Source: an uncultured Gemmatimonadales bacterium (GTDB lineage Bacteria; Gemmatimonadota; Gemmatimonadetes; Gemmatimonadales; GWC2-71-9). From it: a DNA stretch of 64,000 bases. Location of the stretch: assembly GCA_963842945.1 (NCBI GenBank), contig CAWJIM010000024.1, forward strand, positions 96,001-160,000, read 5' to 3'. The position numbers were made by a program, and so were the translations under genes. Under the pieces are notes generated by a model that was given only the letters and a program-made list of their open reading frames with translations, was not told the DNA's origin and did no database searches. Position 1 is the stretch's first letter. Every line of letters begins with the position of its first letter. Below are positions 45,058 through 56,134 of the stretch, piece after piece.

Positions 45058-46692
45058 CTCGCCCGCCGGCTTGTCCTGGGAAAACCGCCCACCAACCCGG
45101 CTGTGCCGGATTCCATAGAGCACGTAGATCACCAGGCCAAGAGCGAGCCAGATGCCGAACCGGATCCAGGTGAGGGTCGGGAGCTGGAGCATGAGGTAGA
45201 GACAGGCCACGATCGAGATGATCGGGGTGAGGGGAACCAACGGCGCCCGGAATGGCCGCACCCGGTTGGGCTCGATCCGGCGGAGCACGATCACACCGGC
45301 CGACACCAGCACGAAGGCAAACAGCGTCCCGATGTTGGTGAGGTCCACCACCTCGGCGATGTTGGCGAATGCCGCAAAGGTCGCGACGAAGGTGCCGGTG
45401 ATGATGGTGCCGATGTAGGGCGTCTTGAAGCGGGGATGCACCCGCGCCAGAAACGGCGGGAGCAGGCCATCCCGCGCCATCGACATGAAGATCCGGGGCT
45501 GGCCCAGCTGAAACACCAGCAGCACGCTGCTCATGGCGACCACCGCGCCGAGCGATACGATGAATCGCGAGATGCTGAGCAGCCGGGGTGAGCCGTCGGC
45601 CAGCGCGAGCGCGGTGATCATCGGCTCGGCCGTGCCCAGCCGGTTCCACGGCGCCATCCCGGTCATGACCAGCGACAGGACGATGTAGAGCACCGTGCAG
45701 ACCACCAGGCTCATGATGATGCCGAAGGGCATGTCCCGCGCCGGGTCCTTCGCTTCCTCCGCCGCGGTCGATGTCGCGTCGAAGCCGATGTAGCTGAAGA
45801 AGATGATCGCCGCGCCCGCACTGATCCCGGCCCAGCCGTTGGGGGCGAAGCCGCCCAGCGCGGGATCGGTCCAGTGGTGCGGCTTGATCAGGGTGAGCCC
45901 GACCGCGCAGAAGAACAGGATCACCCCGATCTTGAGCAGCACCATCGCGTTGTTCGAGTTGGCCGACTCCCGGATGCCGATGACCAGGATCACGGTGATC
46001 AACGCCACGACGAGAAAGGCCGGCAGATTGGCGATCACCGGGAACCCGAACAGATGCGGTGCCGTCGTCAGGGCCGAGGCCAGGTAGGTGGACGAGGCAT
46101 CGGTGGCCCCCGAAGCCACCGCCTGGGCGGCCATGTGGGCGGAGCGATAGTCCGTGGCGAGCCAGGCCGGCAATGAGATTCCGAAATGGGAGAGCAGCTC
46201 GCGAAAGTAACCGGCCCAGCCGATGGCCACTCCGATGTTGCCCACCGCGTACTCGATGATCAGGTCCCAGCCGATGATCCAGGCCACCAGCTCGCCCAGC
46301 GAGGCGTAGGCGTAGGTGTAGGCCGATCCCGAGATCGGGACCATCGCGGCAAATTCGGCGTAGCAGAGCGCGGCGAATCCGCAGGTGAGTGCGGTCAGAA
46401 GGAAGGAGATGACGATGGCCGGGCCCGCCCCTGGGCGCAGCGGATCGCCCACGATCGCGGTGCCGGTGGTGGCGAAGATTCCGGCGCCGATCGTGGCCCC
46501 GACTCCGAGCGCGGTGAGATGCCACTTGTTGAGCGAGCGCCGGAGACCGCCCCGCTCCCGGATGTCGTCTTCGCAGTCCTGGATGGATTTCCGGACGAAG
46601 AGCCGGCTTATCGTGGGCTTATGAGATGCAGTCGAGCCGGAGCTCGACCGCTTGGCTTTGTCGGGATCAGGTGGCTTGGCTGCAGCAGTCAC
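45050..46692 (-). CDS. APC-family amino acid permease (3' end approximate)
   Basis: GVGATIGAGIF, CYAEFA, GSAYTY, FFSYIGFD, EEAKDP, RVHPRFKTP. Confidence 0.92.
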
Positions 46693-47516
46693 GAGCTGCT
46701 CTTTCCAGGGAGAGTGAAGGAGATTCTGGTGGTGCCGGGAATTGAGGTTCCGTCCGGCGCTCGGGCCGGGGTGAAGCGGAAGGCGCGCATGACCTCGTCG
46801 AACTTCTTGGCGTAGTCGCGATCTTTGATCTGAGGTTCGACCAGGTAGCGCTCGACTCTTCCGTCGGGCCGAACCCAGAAGGTCACGTTGAGCGAAAGCC
46901 CGCGCAACTCCTTGGGCGGATTGTCGAAGGGGAAGGCCATGTCGCGAGGCTCGGGAGGCCGCGCCTTCCCGCCTTCACCACCACCGCCGGTGCCGCCGCC
47001 CGCTCCCGCCGTTCCCTTGCCGGAGCCCTGACCACCTTGGCCGGCATTCCCGGCCCCTGCTCCGCCGCCTCCGCTTCGAGCCGTGTCAGCGACCGCAACC
47101 GCCGGCTGCCGACTCGCACTGGTGTCCGCGTTCTCCGGCGCGACGACCTTGGGCTCGGGCGGAGGAACCGGACGACTGACAACAGGGCGCGGAGTCGGAA
47201 CGGGAGGAGGTGGCCTGTGCGCCGGAGGCGTTTCCGCCTTCGGTAATGAAGGCAGCGTAATATACGCCACCCGGGGACCTCCGCCACCGCCACCGGCGCT
47301 CGCACTGCCCGACCGTCCCGGAAAACCGGGAGCCGGTGTCCGGCCCCAGATCTTCTCTCCCCTGGCCACCAACGCTGCAAGCAACACAACGTGCAATCCC
47401 AGGGACAGAATCAGCCCGAGTGGGCGCTGGCGGGAAACTGGCGGCTTGAGGGTGAATGGCGCAGACGGGCGCGTGGCTGCCTCAGGTTGGAGGACGAGAA
47501 GCGTTCGACTGAACAT
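46689..47516 (-). CDS. TonB-like membrane-anchored Pro/Gly-rich protein
   Basis: TM anchor with SLGLH, Pro-rich linker, C-terminal RFTPAR; downstream of exbD. Confidence 0.7.
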   Translation of the reverse strand: MFSRTLLVLQPEAATRPSAPFTLKPPVSRQRPLGLILSLGLHVVLLAALVARGEKIWGRTPAPGFPGRSGSASAGGGGGGPRVAYITLPSLPKAETPPAHRPPPPVPTPRPVVSRPVPPPEPKVVAPENADTSASRQPAVAVADTARSGGGGAGAGNAGQGGQGSGKGTAGAGGGTGGGGEGGKARPPEPRDMAFPFDNPPKELRGLSLNVTFWVRPDGRVERYLVEPQIKDRDYAKKFDEVMRAFRFTPARAPDGTSIPGTTRISFTLPGKSSS

Positions 47517-47553
47517 ACACCAGTGACGTTGCAGCGGGACACGAGAGCACGGC

Positions 47554-47704
47554 GTAGGACGGCAAAGACGGGAAAGTCGGGAAGGACGGGAAGGTATGCG
47601 AGTCAGGAAAAAGAGGCAGTCGGGGGTGTTCTCCCTGACTGCCTCCTCTCCCATGTCAGCACACCTTCCCGCCCTTCCCGTCCTTCCCGCCTTTCCCGTC
47701 CTAC
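47554..47704. repeat. Inverted tandem-repeat element, 9-nt units, 42-nt arms, GTAG...CTAC ends, internal hairpin
   Basis: gtag gacggcaaa gacgggaaa gtcgggaag gacgggaag gt ... ac cttcccgcc cttcccgtc cttcccgcc tttcccgtc ctac. Confidence 0.92.
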
Positions 47705-48136
47705 TTCGGCGCCTGCCTGCTGCTTCTCCGCCTCCCGGGGGGTGAACCCGATGATCTGGACTCCCGCGCCACGGGCCACGTCCATCGCCTCGATCACATC
47801 CTGATAGAGCCGGTTCGGTCCGGCCTTGATGAACAAGAGCTTGGCCGGACGCTGATCGTAGATCGCGTGGATCTGGGTGTCCAGCTGGTCCCGGGGGACC
47901 GGCTGGCCGTTGATGGAGTAGCCTCCGCCGTCGGCCAGCTCGAGCACGATCTGGCTGGGCGGTGCCTTGGTCGTCTGGGGCGTATCGGGCGGCGGCACCT
48001 GGACATCCAGCGCCATCCGGCTCAAGGGCTGGGTGATCATGAAGATGATCAGCAGCACCAGGAGCACGTCGATCATCGGCGTGACGTTGATGTCCGACTG
48101 CACCCCACCGGAGGAGGCCCCTGCGGTCATTGCCAT
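47603..48136 (-). CDS. exbD: ExbD/TolR biopolymer transport protein (called ORF runs into the repeat; true stop may be near 47701)
   Basis: INVTPMIDVLLVLLIIFMI, YQDVIEAMD. Confidence 0.9.
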   Translation of the reverse strand: MAMTAGASSGGVQSDINVTPMIDVLLVLLIIFMITQPLSRMALDVQVPPPDTPQTTKAPPSQIVLELADGGGYSINGQPVPRDQLDTQIHAIYDQRPAKLLFIKAGPNRLYQDVIEAMDVARGAGVQIIGFTPREAEKQQAGAEVGRERREGREGREGVLTWERRQSGRTPPTASFS

Positions 48137-48138
48137 GG

Positions 48139-48603
48139 TTACTTCTTCTCCTTCTTGTCGTCATCGCCGAACACGACCGCCTTGTTCGGTTCGGTGATCG
48201 CAGCCATGACCCGGACGCCGGAGCGCCGCGCCGTTTCCACGGCTTCCTGTACCTTGGAGTACTTCAGCTGATTGTCGGCCTTGAAGTACAGGATCTTGTC
48301 CTCGGTCCGGGAAGCGAAGGTCGAGCGAAGCTGGTCCTCCAGCGCGCCGCCCGGGATGGGCCGGCCATTCAGGAAATAATTCCCGCTCTGGTCGATGCCC
48401 AGCACGACTTCGTTCTCGCCTTCGGGCCGGGGATCCAGGTTCTTTCCCTTGGGCAGGGTGGCCTTGAACCCGGCCGCGATCAGTGGGGTCACGATCATGA
48501 AGATGATCAGGAGCACCAGCATCACGTCGATCATCGGCGTGACGTTGATGTCCGACTTGACCGCCGTCCCGCCGGCGCCGCCGCTACCCGTGGATATGGC
48601 CAC
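48139..48603 (-). CDS. exbD: ExbD/TolR biopolymer transport protein
   Basis: INVTPMIDVMLVLLIIFMI, KADNQLKY. Confidence 0.93.
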   Translation of the reverse strand: MAISTGSGGAGGTAVKSDINVTPMIDVMLVLLIIFMIVTPLIAAGFKATLPKGKNLDPRPEGENEVVLGIDQSGNYFLNGRPIPGGALEDQLRSTFASRTEDKILYFKADNQLKYSKVQEAVETARRSGVRVMAAITEPNKAVVFGDDDKKEKK

Positions 48604-49333
48604 TGCCGGTCACCGCCTTCTGGGCCTGGAATTCCTTGGTGAAGATCGAACGCCCGAACTCGCTCCCCACGCTCTTGATCAGGTAGTCGATCAGCTCCTT
48701 GGAGCCGTACGTCATCTCGACCGTCAGATTCTCGATCTTGGTGGTGAAGTAGTTGTAGGCCCACACCGCGGGAATCGCCACCATCAGGCCGAAGGCCGTG
48801 GTGATCAGCGCTTCGGCGATACCGGCGGAGATGCCGGCCAGACCGCCCGAGGCGCCCTGCTGCGCCATGCCCACGAACGCGTTCACGATACCCATGGTGG
48901 TGCCGAGCAGTCCGACGAAGGGCGCGGTCGAGCCGACCGTACCCAGCACGCCGAGTCCGCGCTTGAACTCCGACAACACGATCAGCATCTGCCGCTCGAC
49001 CGCCCGCTCGGCCGAGTTGATGTCGGCGGCGGTGATGGTGGCGCGGTCCCGCAGCAGCGGCTTCACCTCGAAGAGCGCCTCGCCCACGACGCGCGACAGG
49101 TGGCTCTTCTTGTTCTTCTCCGCCAGCGCGATCGCCTGGTCCAGGTTCTCCTCCTGGATGGCGCGGGAGAACTGGGGCGCGAACTTCCGGGTCTCGCGCT
49201 CACTCCGCTTCAGCTGGATGAGTTTGGTGATGACGATGGTGAGGGAATAGATGGACATGATCGCCAGGACGACCACGATGCCCTTGGCGAAGGCACCCAT
49301 CTGACCCCACAGGTGAAGTAGATCTACACTCAT
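48584..49333 (-). CDS. exbB: MotA/TolQ/ExbB proton channel
   Basis: STAPFVGLLGTT, GIAEALITTAFGLMVAIPA. Confidence 0.94.
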   Translation of the reverse strand: MSVDLLHLWGQMGAFAKGIVVVLAIMSIYSLTIVITKLIQLKRSERETRKFAPQFSRAIQEENLDQAIALAEKNKKSHLSRVVGEALFEVKPLLRDRATITAADINSAERAVERQMLIVLSEFKRGLGVLGTVGSTAPFVGLLGTTMGIVNAFVGMAQQGASGGLAGISAGIAEALITTAFGLMVAIPAVWAYNYFTTKIENLTVEMTYGSKELIDYLIKSVGSEFGRSIFTKEFQAQKAVTGSGHIHG

Positions 49334-49376
49334 GTTGTGTTGCCTCCAGGGGGAACGAAAGCTACGGCTGCGAGCG

Positions 49377-50075
49377 CTATTGCTGCTTGAATGAGACTGC
49401 CTGCTGGACCAACTGCCGGACCGGCCGCCCCTTGAACTTGGCCGGCTTGAAGACGCTCTTGAGAATGGCCTCCCGGGTCGGCTCGCCGAAGGCCGGGTGG
49501 CTGGTCTTCATGATCTTCAAGGAGTTGCCTTCCACGTGGCCGGTGGTGTCCACGATGAACTGCACCTCGACCCGTCCGGTTATTCCGGCGCTCGCCAGCA
49601 CCGGCGGATAGCGCGGCTGAGGCTGGGAGATGACCTGCACCGGGTCATCCAGCTGGGCCTCGAGGAACACTTCGCCGGTTACCGGACCGGTACCGCCCGC
49701 CACGCCGGTCCCGATGCCGCCCTCCACACCCTTACCGGTGAAGTCCCGGGGATCGAACGGCTTCTCGTTCAGATCGATCGGCGGAATGTCCTTGGGGATG
49801 TCGGTCGGCGCCACCACCGTCTGGAACCCCTTGGGCGGCGGGTTGGCCGCAACCACCACGTCCGGCGGGGGCTGGTCCGGCGGCGGCTTGGGGGGCTCCG
49901 GCGGCTTGAGGAACACCATGGTGGTGTCCACCGGACGGTTCTTCACGCTCTCGGCCACGCCCTGCGTCGCCTTGATGGCGCCGAAGATGATGAGGCCGTG
50001 GATCAGGAACGATAGAACCGTCTGTCCAACCGTGCGCTGATTCTTCTGCTTGGATTCGATCAGGTTCTCGAACAC
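49377..50075 (-). CDS. tonB: Energy transducer TonB
   Basis: TM with SxxxH, Pro-rich linker, YP...G.V.VQFIVDTTG...FKPA. Confidence 0.9.
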   Translation of the reverse strand: MFENLIESKQKNQRTVGQTVLSFLIHGLIIFGAIKATQGVAESVKNRPVDTTMVFLKPPEPPKPPPDQPPPDVVVAANPPPKGFQTVVAPTDIPKDIPPIDLNEKPFDPRDFTGKGVEGGIGTGVAGGTGPVTGEVFLEAQLDDPVQVISQPQPRYPPVLASAGITGRVEVQFIVDTTGHVEGNSLKIMKTSHPAFGEPTREAILKSVFKPAKFKGRPVRQLVQQAVSFKQQ

Positions 50076-50385
50076 GCAACTACCTCCAGGGGGAGGGTGA
50101 TCGTGCCCGGAAAGTAAGGCGCGCTGAAAACACCTGCTTTGCCCTCAGATGTCATTTCGATTACAGCCGCATTAGCAACTGCAACTGCTGCATCCGAAGG
50201 GCGGACACAACCCTACTCTGAGCTACAGAACTGCGGCGTGATCTGACTCACACGGCCTCGGCCTACGTTATCCCTCGCCCGGGTTTTGGCAAGCAACGTC
50301 CGCAGTACGGTGTCTGCGTAACTGCGGACCGCACTGGATGGTTCAGGATTGTCACGACAGGCAGAACCGGGTCGAGTCTTAGCCA

Positions 50386-50790
50386 ATGATTCACCACAGA
50401 GGCACAAAGGACACAGAGGGTCCGGCTCCCCAACTGACTCACGACATCGTGGGTGCAGCCATCGAGGTCCACCGGCAACTTGGACCAGGCCTCCTGGAAT
50501 CAGCATACGAAGCTTGTCTCAGTAGAGAATTGTCATTCCGGGGAATCGACCACAAGAGGCAGGTTTCACTGCCAGTGGAATACAGAGGTCTTCAAGTGGA
50601 ATGCGGCTACCGGCTGGATCTTGTAATCGCAAACGTGATCATCGAGGTCAAAGCAGTTCAAAAGGTACTTCCCATTCACCGTGCCCAGGTACTCACCTAT
50701 CTAAAGTTGACGGGTTACCGCCTTGGCTTGCTGATCAATTTCAATGTTGAAGTACTTCGCGCCGGTATCTACCGGATCATCAATGGATGA
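50386..50790 (+). CDS. GxxExxY protein (PD-(D/E)XK nuclease fold)
   Basis: [24 protein letters not shown]...[19 protein letters not shown]; visibly lower GC than its neighbours. Confidence 0.93.
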   Translation: MIHHRGTKDTEGPAPQLTHDIVGAAIEVHRQLGPGLLESAYEACLSRELSFRGIDHKRQVSLPVEYRGLQVECGYRLDLVIANVIIEVKAVQKVLPIHRAQVLTYLKLTGYRLGLLINFNVEVLRAGIYRIING

Positions 50791-50826
50791 CGTTACCTCT
50801 GTGTCCTCTGTGCCTCTGTGGTGAAT
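50389..50826. mobile_element. Candidate mobile cassette: 31-bp inverted arms of 9-nt repeats enclosing the GxxExxY gene
   Basis: attcaccacagaggcacaaaggacacagagg (50389-50419) vs cctctgtgtcctctgtgcctctgtggtgaat (50796-50826): 30/31 complementary. Confidence 0.7.
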
Positions 50827-50905
50827 TCGCGGAGTTGCATTCCTGGCTCGCAAAGCGGTCTCGCATTGAACCTTCGGTTACGCCCTGCGGCTGTCCTGCC
50901 TGGTT

Positions 50906-52359
50906 TCAGCCGGACTTCGAATTCGGCTTCGGCAATCGCACGATAAACGTCGAACCTCGCCCCGGCCGGCTTTGCACCGTGATCGATCCGCCGTGCGCCT
51001 CCGCGATCCATTTGGTGATCGCCAGGCCCAGGCCGGTGCCGGGGCGCGCGCCGGTGCGCGAGCGGGCCTGGTCCGCCCGCCAGAACCGGTCGAAGATGTT
51101 CGGCAGGTCGCCGGGCGCGATGCCGATGCCGCTGTCCCGCACGGTAAACGTCACCGCTCCGTCGTCCTGTTCCAGATTCAACGCCACCGTCCCGCCCTGG
51201 GGCGTGTACTTGATGGCGTTGGTCACCATGTTGAGCAGCATCTCCCGGATCCGGTGCCGGTCCACCGCCAGCCGGACCGGGGTCTCGGGCATGCTGTGCA
51301 CCGCGCTCACCCCCGCCTGCTCGCCCAGCATTCCCGCGGTCTCCGCCACATCCGCCACCACCTCCCGGAGATCGCTTTCCTCCACCGCCAGCGGGGCCCG
51401 GCCTTCATCCGCCCGGGCGAGCGTCAGCAGGTTCTCCACCATCTCCGTCATCTGATTGATCTGGGCCAGTGTCTCGTCCAGCGACTGCAGCATTTCCGGC
51501 GGCGTCCCCGGATGGATCAGCGCCCGCTCCACCCCGGCCCGCAGCACCATCAGTGGCGTCTTGAGCTCGTGGCTGGCGTCGGCGGTGAAGCGGTGCAGGC
51601 TGGAGAAGCTGCGCTCCAGCCGGGCCAGCATGCCGTTCACCGTCGCGGCCAGCCGGGACGATCTCGTCGCCGCTGAGCGGTACCGCCAGCCGCCGGTGCA
51701 GGCTGGTGCCGTCGGAGATGGCGTCCACCTCGTCCATGATGCCCTGCACCGGTCTCAGGCTGGTGCCGGCCAGCCAGTTCCCCACCAGGATGGCGCCCAC
51801 CAGGATCACCGGAGCGATCAGCAGCATCGAGCGAAGCAGATCAGACGGTCCGAACGAGGCCTGCCGGGTGGGCGTGGCCACCAGGAGCCCGCCGATGGCG
51901 GGGCCGGCGTTGTCGATCGGCGTCACCAGATACTGCATGCTGCCCACCGGCGGGCCCACGTTGATCAGCGCCTGAATGGCGGCTGAGAGGCAGGGTGTCG
52001 AGCGGCGCGGTCAGGCTCTCCAGCGCCGGCGCGCTGAGTCCCCGGGCAATGTCGGAGAGCGCCAGAAGCTGGCCGGCGGTGTCGGCGACGATCAGGTAGT
52101 CGCGCGCGGCCTCGAGGTAGGCGCTGATTCCGGGGTCCAGCGTGGGATTGAGATTGGACGTGGTCACGATCCGGCCCAGCACCTTGTACGACTGGGCGAG
52201 CCAGCGCTGCGCCAGGTCCGCTTCGAGGGTGAGGCGCTGGTCCAGCTCCCGCACGCTGGCCTGCCGGCGCTCGATGTAGAGCGCGGTTCCAAATGCCAGC
52301 ACCGTCACCGCGAGCGCCACCGTATACCAGAAGGTGAGTCGCAGGCGGATGGTCGCCAT
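50906..52359 (-). CDS. HAMP sensor histidine kinase, frameshifts near 51970 and 51660
   Basis: FTADASHELKTPL, NMVTNAIKYT, DSGIGI, GTGLGLAI; two TM helices. Confidence 0.9.
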
Positions 52360-52360
52360 G

Positions 52361-53029
52361 TCAGGCCTTTACGACGTACCCGACGCCGCGAACGGTGTGC
52401 ACCAGCTTCTGGGCGTGCCCGGTGTCCACCTTCTTGCGCAGCCGGTTGATCACCACGTCCACGATGTTGGTGCCGGGGTCGAAGTGATAGTCCCAGGCAT
52501 ACTCGGTGATCAGCGTCCGGGACATCACCCTGCCGGCGTGCCGCATGAGATACTCCAGCACGGTGTATTCCTTGGGCGTGAGCTCGATCCGCTCGCCGCC
52601 CCGCCTGACCTCCCGGGTCTCACCGTCCAGCTCCAGGTCGCCCACCTTCAGCACCGGAGAGCGGATCTCCTTGGGCCGGCGGCCCAGCGCCTCCACCCGG
52701 GCCAGCAGCTCCTCGAAGGCAAACGGCTTGGTCACGTAGTCGTCGGCGCCGGAGCGGAGCGCCTGCACCTTGAAGTCCACCGCGTCCTGCGCGGTCAGCA
52801 CCAGCACCGGCGTGGTGTTTCCCCGGTCGCGCAGGGTGCGCAACACCTCCAGGCCGTTCATCTCCGGCAGCCGGAGGTCCAGCACGATCAGATCGTAGCG
52901 CCCGCCCGAGGCGAGTCGCAGCCCTTCCATGCCGTCGTCCACCAGATCGGCGTGATAGCGCTGCTCCTCCAGACCGCGCTTGACGTACTGGCCCACGGTG
53001 CGGTCGTCTTCCACCACCAGGATTTTCAT
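52361..53029 (-). CDS. OmpR-family response regulator (CusR-like)
   Basis: [39 protein letters not shown]. Confidence 0.95.
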   Translation of the reverse strand: MKILVVEDDRTVGQYVKRGLEEQRYHADLVDDGMEGLRLASGGRYDLIVLDLRLPEMNGLEVLRTLRDRGNTTPVLVLTAQDAVDFKVQALRSGADDYVTKPFAFEELLARVEALGRRPKEIRSPVLKVGDLELDGETREVRRGGERIELTPKEYTVLEYLMRHAGRVMSRTLITEYAWDYHFDPGTNIVDVVINRLRKKVDTGHAQKLVHTVRGVGYVVKA

Positions 53030-54536
53030 GGATGGACCGGCAGAAATACCCGGAACGTCGATCCCCGGCCGGGCTGGCTCTCCACTTCGATCCGGCCCCG
53101 GTGGTCCTCCACGATGCCGTAGCAGATGGAGAGCCCCAGCCCGGTGCCGCGCCCCGGGCGGCTTGGTGGTGTAGAACGGCTCGAAGATCTTGGACTGGTC
53201 TGCCCGGGGAATGCCCACCCCGTTGTCCTCGATCTCGGCAACCACCTCGTCCGCCTGGTTGGGATTGCGTCCGGTCCGCACCGTGAGCTTTCCCCGGCCC
53301 TCGTTCATGGCGTCCACGGCGTTCAGCATCAGCGCCATGAACACCTGAGTGAGCTGCTCCGCGTTCCCGGTGATGGGGGGAATCGAGCCGTCCAGCTCCC
53401 GGACCAGGCGTGAGCCGCTTGAACTTCTGATGGTGTTTCAGCAGGAACAGCGTCTCCTCCAGAACCGCGTTCAATACGACTCTGGCCTTGGCCTTTCCCT
53501 TGGGGCGGCTGAAGTCGAGCAGGCCATCCACGATCCGGGTGCAGCGGTCGACTTCCTTGTCGATGATCTCCAGATACTCATCCACCCTGGTCCGCTCGGC
53601 CGGCTTCAGGGCGTCCAGCCGCCCGCTGATCGCGGCGACGCAGGCGCTGATGGTCGCCAGCGGGTTGTTGATCTCGTGCATGACGCCGGCGGCAAGCTGG
53701 CCGATGGCCGCCAGCTTTTCGCTCTGCATGATCTGCCCCTGGATCCGGCGCGACTCGGTCACGTCCTCACCGATGGTGATCGACGTGGCTGATCTCGTCG
53801 CCGTCGAGCCGCATCGGAATCTTGCTCAGGCGGAAGGACCGGAGCTCGCCACCGAGGGTGACGTCGAGCTCGTCCTGCACGATCTCGCCGGTCTGGAAGA
53901 CCCGGTCGAAGTCGGCCCGGAGCATCTCCGCCGGCTGACGCGTCAGTACCTCGAACACCCGCCGGCCTACCACCTCATCCCGCCTGAGGCCGGGTGCGCC
54001 GACCTCCCGCTGCCGGTTCCAGAGCTTGATCCGATAATCCCGATCGATCACGTAGAGTCCCACCGGCAGGCTGTCGATCACCAGGCTGATGAACCGCCGC
54101 TGTTCCTCGATCTCGCGGGACTGGGCCGCAACCTCGATCGCGAGATCGGCCGACAGCGCCAAGGAGGCGAGGTAGGGCGCCAGCAGGTCGGCGATGATGA
54201 CCAGGATCTCGCGCTGTTCCGGGTCCTGCTCCGGAACCACCTCGAGCAGCCCCATCAGCGCCTCTTCGTGCTCCAGCGAGAGCCGTATCCCCGAGCCGTT
54301 GCGGGGAATGGCCTGCAGCGACTCCACCAGGGCCGGCTTCCCTTCTTCTCCAGGGGCGAGCTCACCGCTCGGAATCCACTGGTTTGCGGATCGCGAAACC
54401 AGACCATCACCTGGTCCGCCGGCAGCCCGGTCCGGAGCAGCTCCACCACGGCGGCCAGCGCGTCACCCGCTTCTCCGCCGGCGTTGAGCAGTTTGGCTGC
54501 CTGGCCCACCAGCGCCACTCCATCGGACGTCTTCAA
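53026..54536 (-). CDS. PAS sensor histidine kinase (NtrB-like), about 4 frameshifts
   Basis: [55 protein letters not shown]. Confidence 0.88.
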
Positions 54537-54994
54537 TGGGGGCTCCGCCGGCCGGGAGAGGCCACGGCCACACTCAGGATCCGCCAGTCGTCGTCGATCC
54601 GACGGAGCACGATGTGCTCGACCCAGTCTCCCTCGATGGCAGTCGGTCCCGACGGAGTGACCCGCCGGGTGGTCAGCCAGGCCGCGGCTAGATCTCCGTC
54701 CTGCCTGAGATCAGTGCGCACCACCCGAACATCGAAGTTCCGGGGCTCCACCCCGCGGAGCCACCGCTCCATGCTCCGCAGTGCGGCGTCGATGGGAACC
54801 GCCTGATGGTAGCTCGCCGGCGCGCCCGGACCGATGGGGCCGGCGTAGCTCCCGTCCTGCCAGAACAGCGAGCGCACTCCGCTCCAGTCCCTGGCTGAGA
54901 GACGTCGGGCGTAGCGGCTGAGCAGATGTTGAATGGTGTCCTCGTCACGGCGAGACCCGGTGGGGGTACGATCTTCGATCTGGCACCCCACCAT
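54533..54994 (-). CDS. NTF2/SnoaL-like putative lipoprotein
   Basis: DWSGVRSLF...QDGDLAAAW...DDWRILSV. Confidence 0.65.
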   Translation of the reverse strand: MVGCQIEDRTPTGSRRDEDTIQHLLSRYARRLSARDWSGVRSLFWQDGSYAGPIGPGAPASYHQAVPIDAALRSMERWLRGVEPRNFDVRVVRTDLRQDGDLAAAWLTTRRVTPSGPTAIEGDWVEHIVLRRIDDDWRILSVAVASPGRRSPH

Positions 54995-55032
54995 CAGGAG
55001 GCCGATCCAGAGCGCCGCGATCTGTGGTGCCC

Positions 55033-55185
55033 TTACGCGGATCGTCGGTGGGCCTCCAGTTGCGCGAACAGCTCCTCATTCTGGCGGCGGGTGCAGACCG
55101 AGGTAAACGCGGTCATGTCCACCCCCGCCGTCGATGGCAGGGTGAAATCGGATGCTGGAGTGCCCGACGGCGGGAGCGAGGCCAT
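55033..55185 (-). pseudogene. 50-aa internally deleted peroxiredoxin remnant
   Basis: MASLPPSGTPASDFTLPSTAGVDMT-AFTSVCT-RRQNEELFAQLEAHRRSA*. Confidence 0.7.
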
Positions 55186-55197
55186 GACGTCAGCGCG

Positions 55198-55831
55198 TCA
55201 GCGCATCGCCTTTTCGCGCCCACGCGCTTTCTCGAAGCGCCGCGCGACGTCGGTCCAGTTCACCACATTCCACCACGCCGCCACGTAGTCGGGCCGGCGA
55301 TTCTGGTATTTCAGGTAGTACGCATGCTCCCAGACATCACATCCGAGCACCGGAATCTTCCCGCGTCATCAGCGGCGTGTCCTGGTTGGGCGTGCTCTCG
55401 ATGCTGAGCTTCCCGCTTCGGTCGGCCACCAGCCAGCCCCAGCCGCTGCCGAACCGTCCGGTGCAGGCCTTGGCGAACTGCTCCTTGAACTGGGCGAAGC
55501 CGCCGAAGCTGCTGTTGATGGAGTCGGCCAGCTCGCCGTTCGGCTCCTTGGCTCCGCCCGGCGCCATCATCTCCCAGAACATCGTATGATTGGCGTGGCC
55601 TCCGCCGTTGTTGCGCACCGGCGCCTTGATGGCTTCGGGCAGCCGGTCTACCCCGGCGAGCAGCTCCTCCAGCGACTTGTTCTGCAGGTCGGGGTGGGGC
55701 TCGAGTGCCGCGTTCAGGTTGTTGACGTAGGTTGCGTGATGCTTGTCGTGATGCAGCCGCATCGTCTGTTCATCGATATGCGGCTCCAGCGCCTTGTAGT
55801 CGTACGGTAGAGGGGGAAGGGTGAACGCCAT
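55198..55831 (-). CDS. sodA: Mn/Fe superoxide dismutase, frameshift near 55355
   Basis: [48 protein letters not shown]. Confidence 0.95.
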
Positions 55832-56134
55832 GACCAACTCCTCGCGCTGAAGACATCTCACATTCCAGATTCGTTCTGGCTCAATCCGCGAAATATCATT
55901 CCGTGCCGAAGAGGGGTCAACGAGAGCAATGCTGTCATGAGCATCCGGCGCTGGTCTGCTCCGGAGGGGCGCGTTAGCACGGCGAGGAGCGAGGTGGACC
56001 GGGCTTGGGCTCGGAGGCCAGGCTCCCAGGGGGCTCGGTCTGGCCGGGGTCTGTCGCGGAGCCGTGCCAGAGCGCCCAGGCCCGTTCCACCTGCGACCAT
56101 CATCAGCGACGTTAGCCGAACGAGGTTCTGAATT

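Noticed and set aside
47517..48164. N-terminal 216 aa of the 491-aa ORF at 46689-48164
   Set aside because: An alternative frame over exbD and the repeat element (PSRPSRLSRL is translated repeat); the real start is likely 47516.
50370..50845. Classical IS element with target-site duplication
   Set aside because: No DDE, HUH or serine transposase, and no direct repeat is visible outside the arms.
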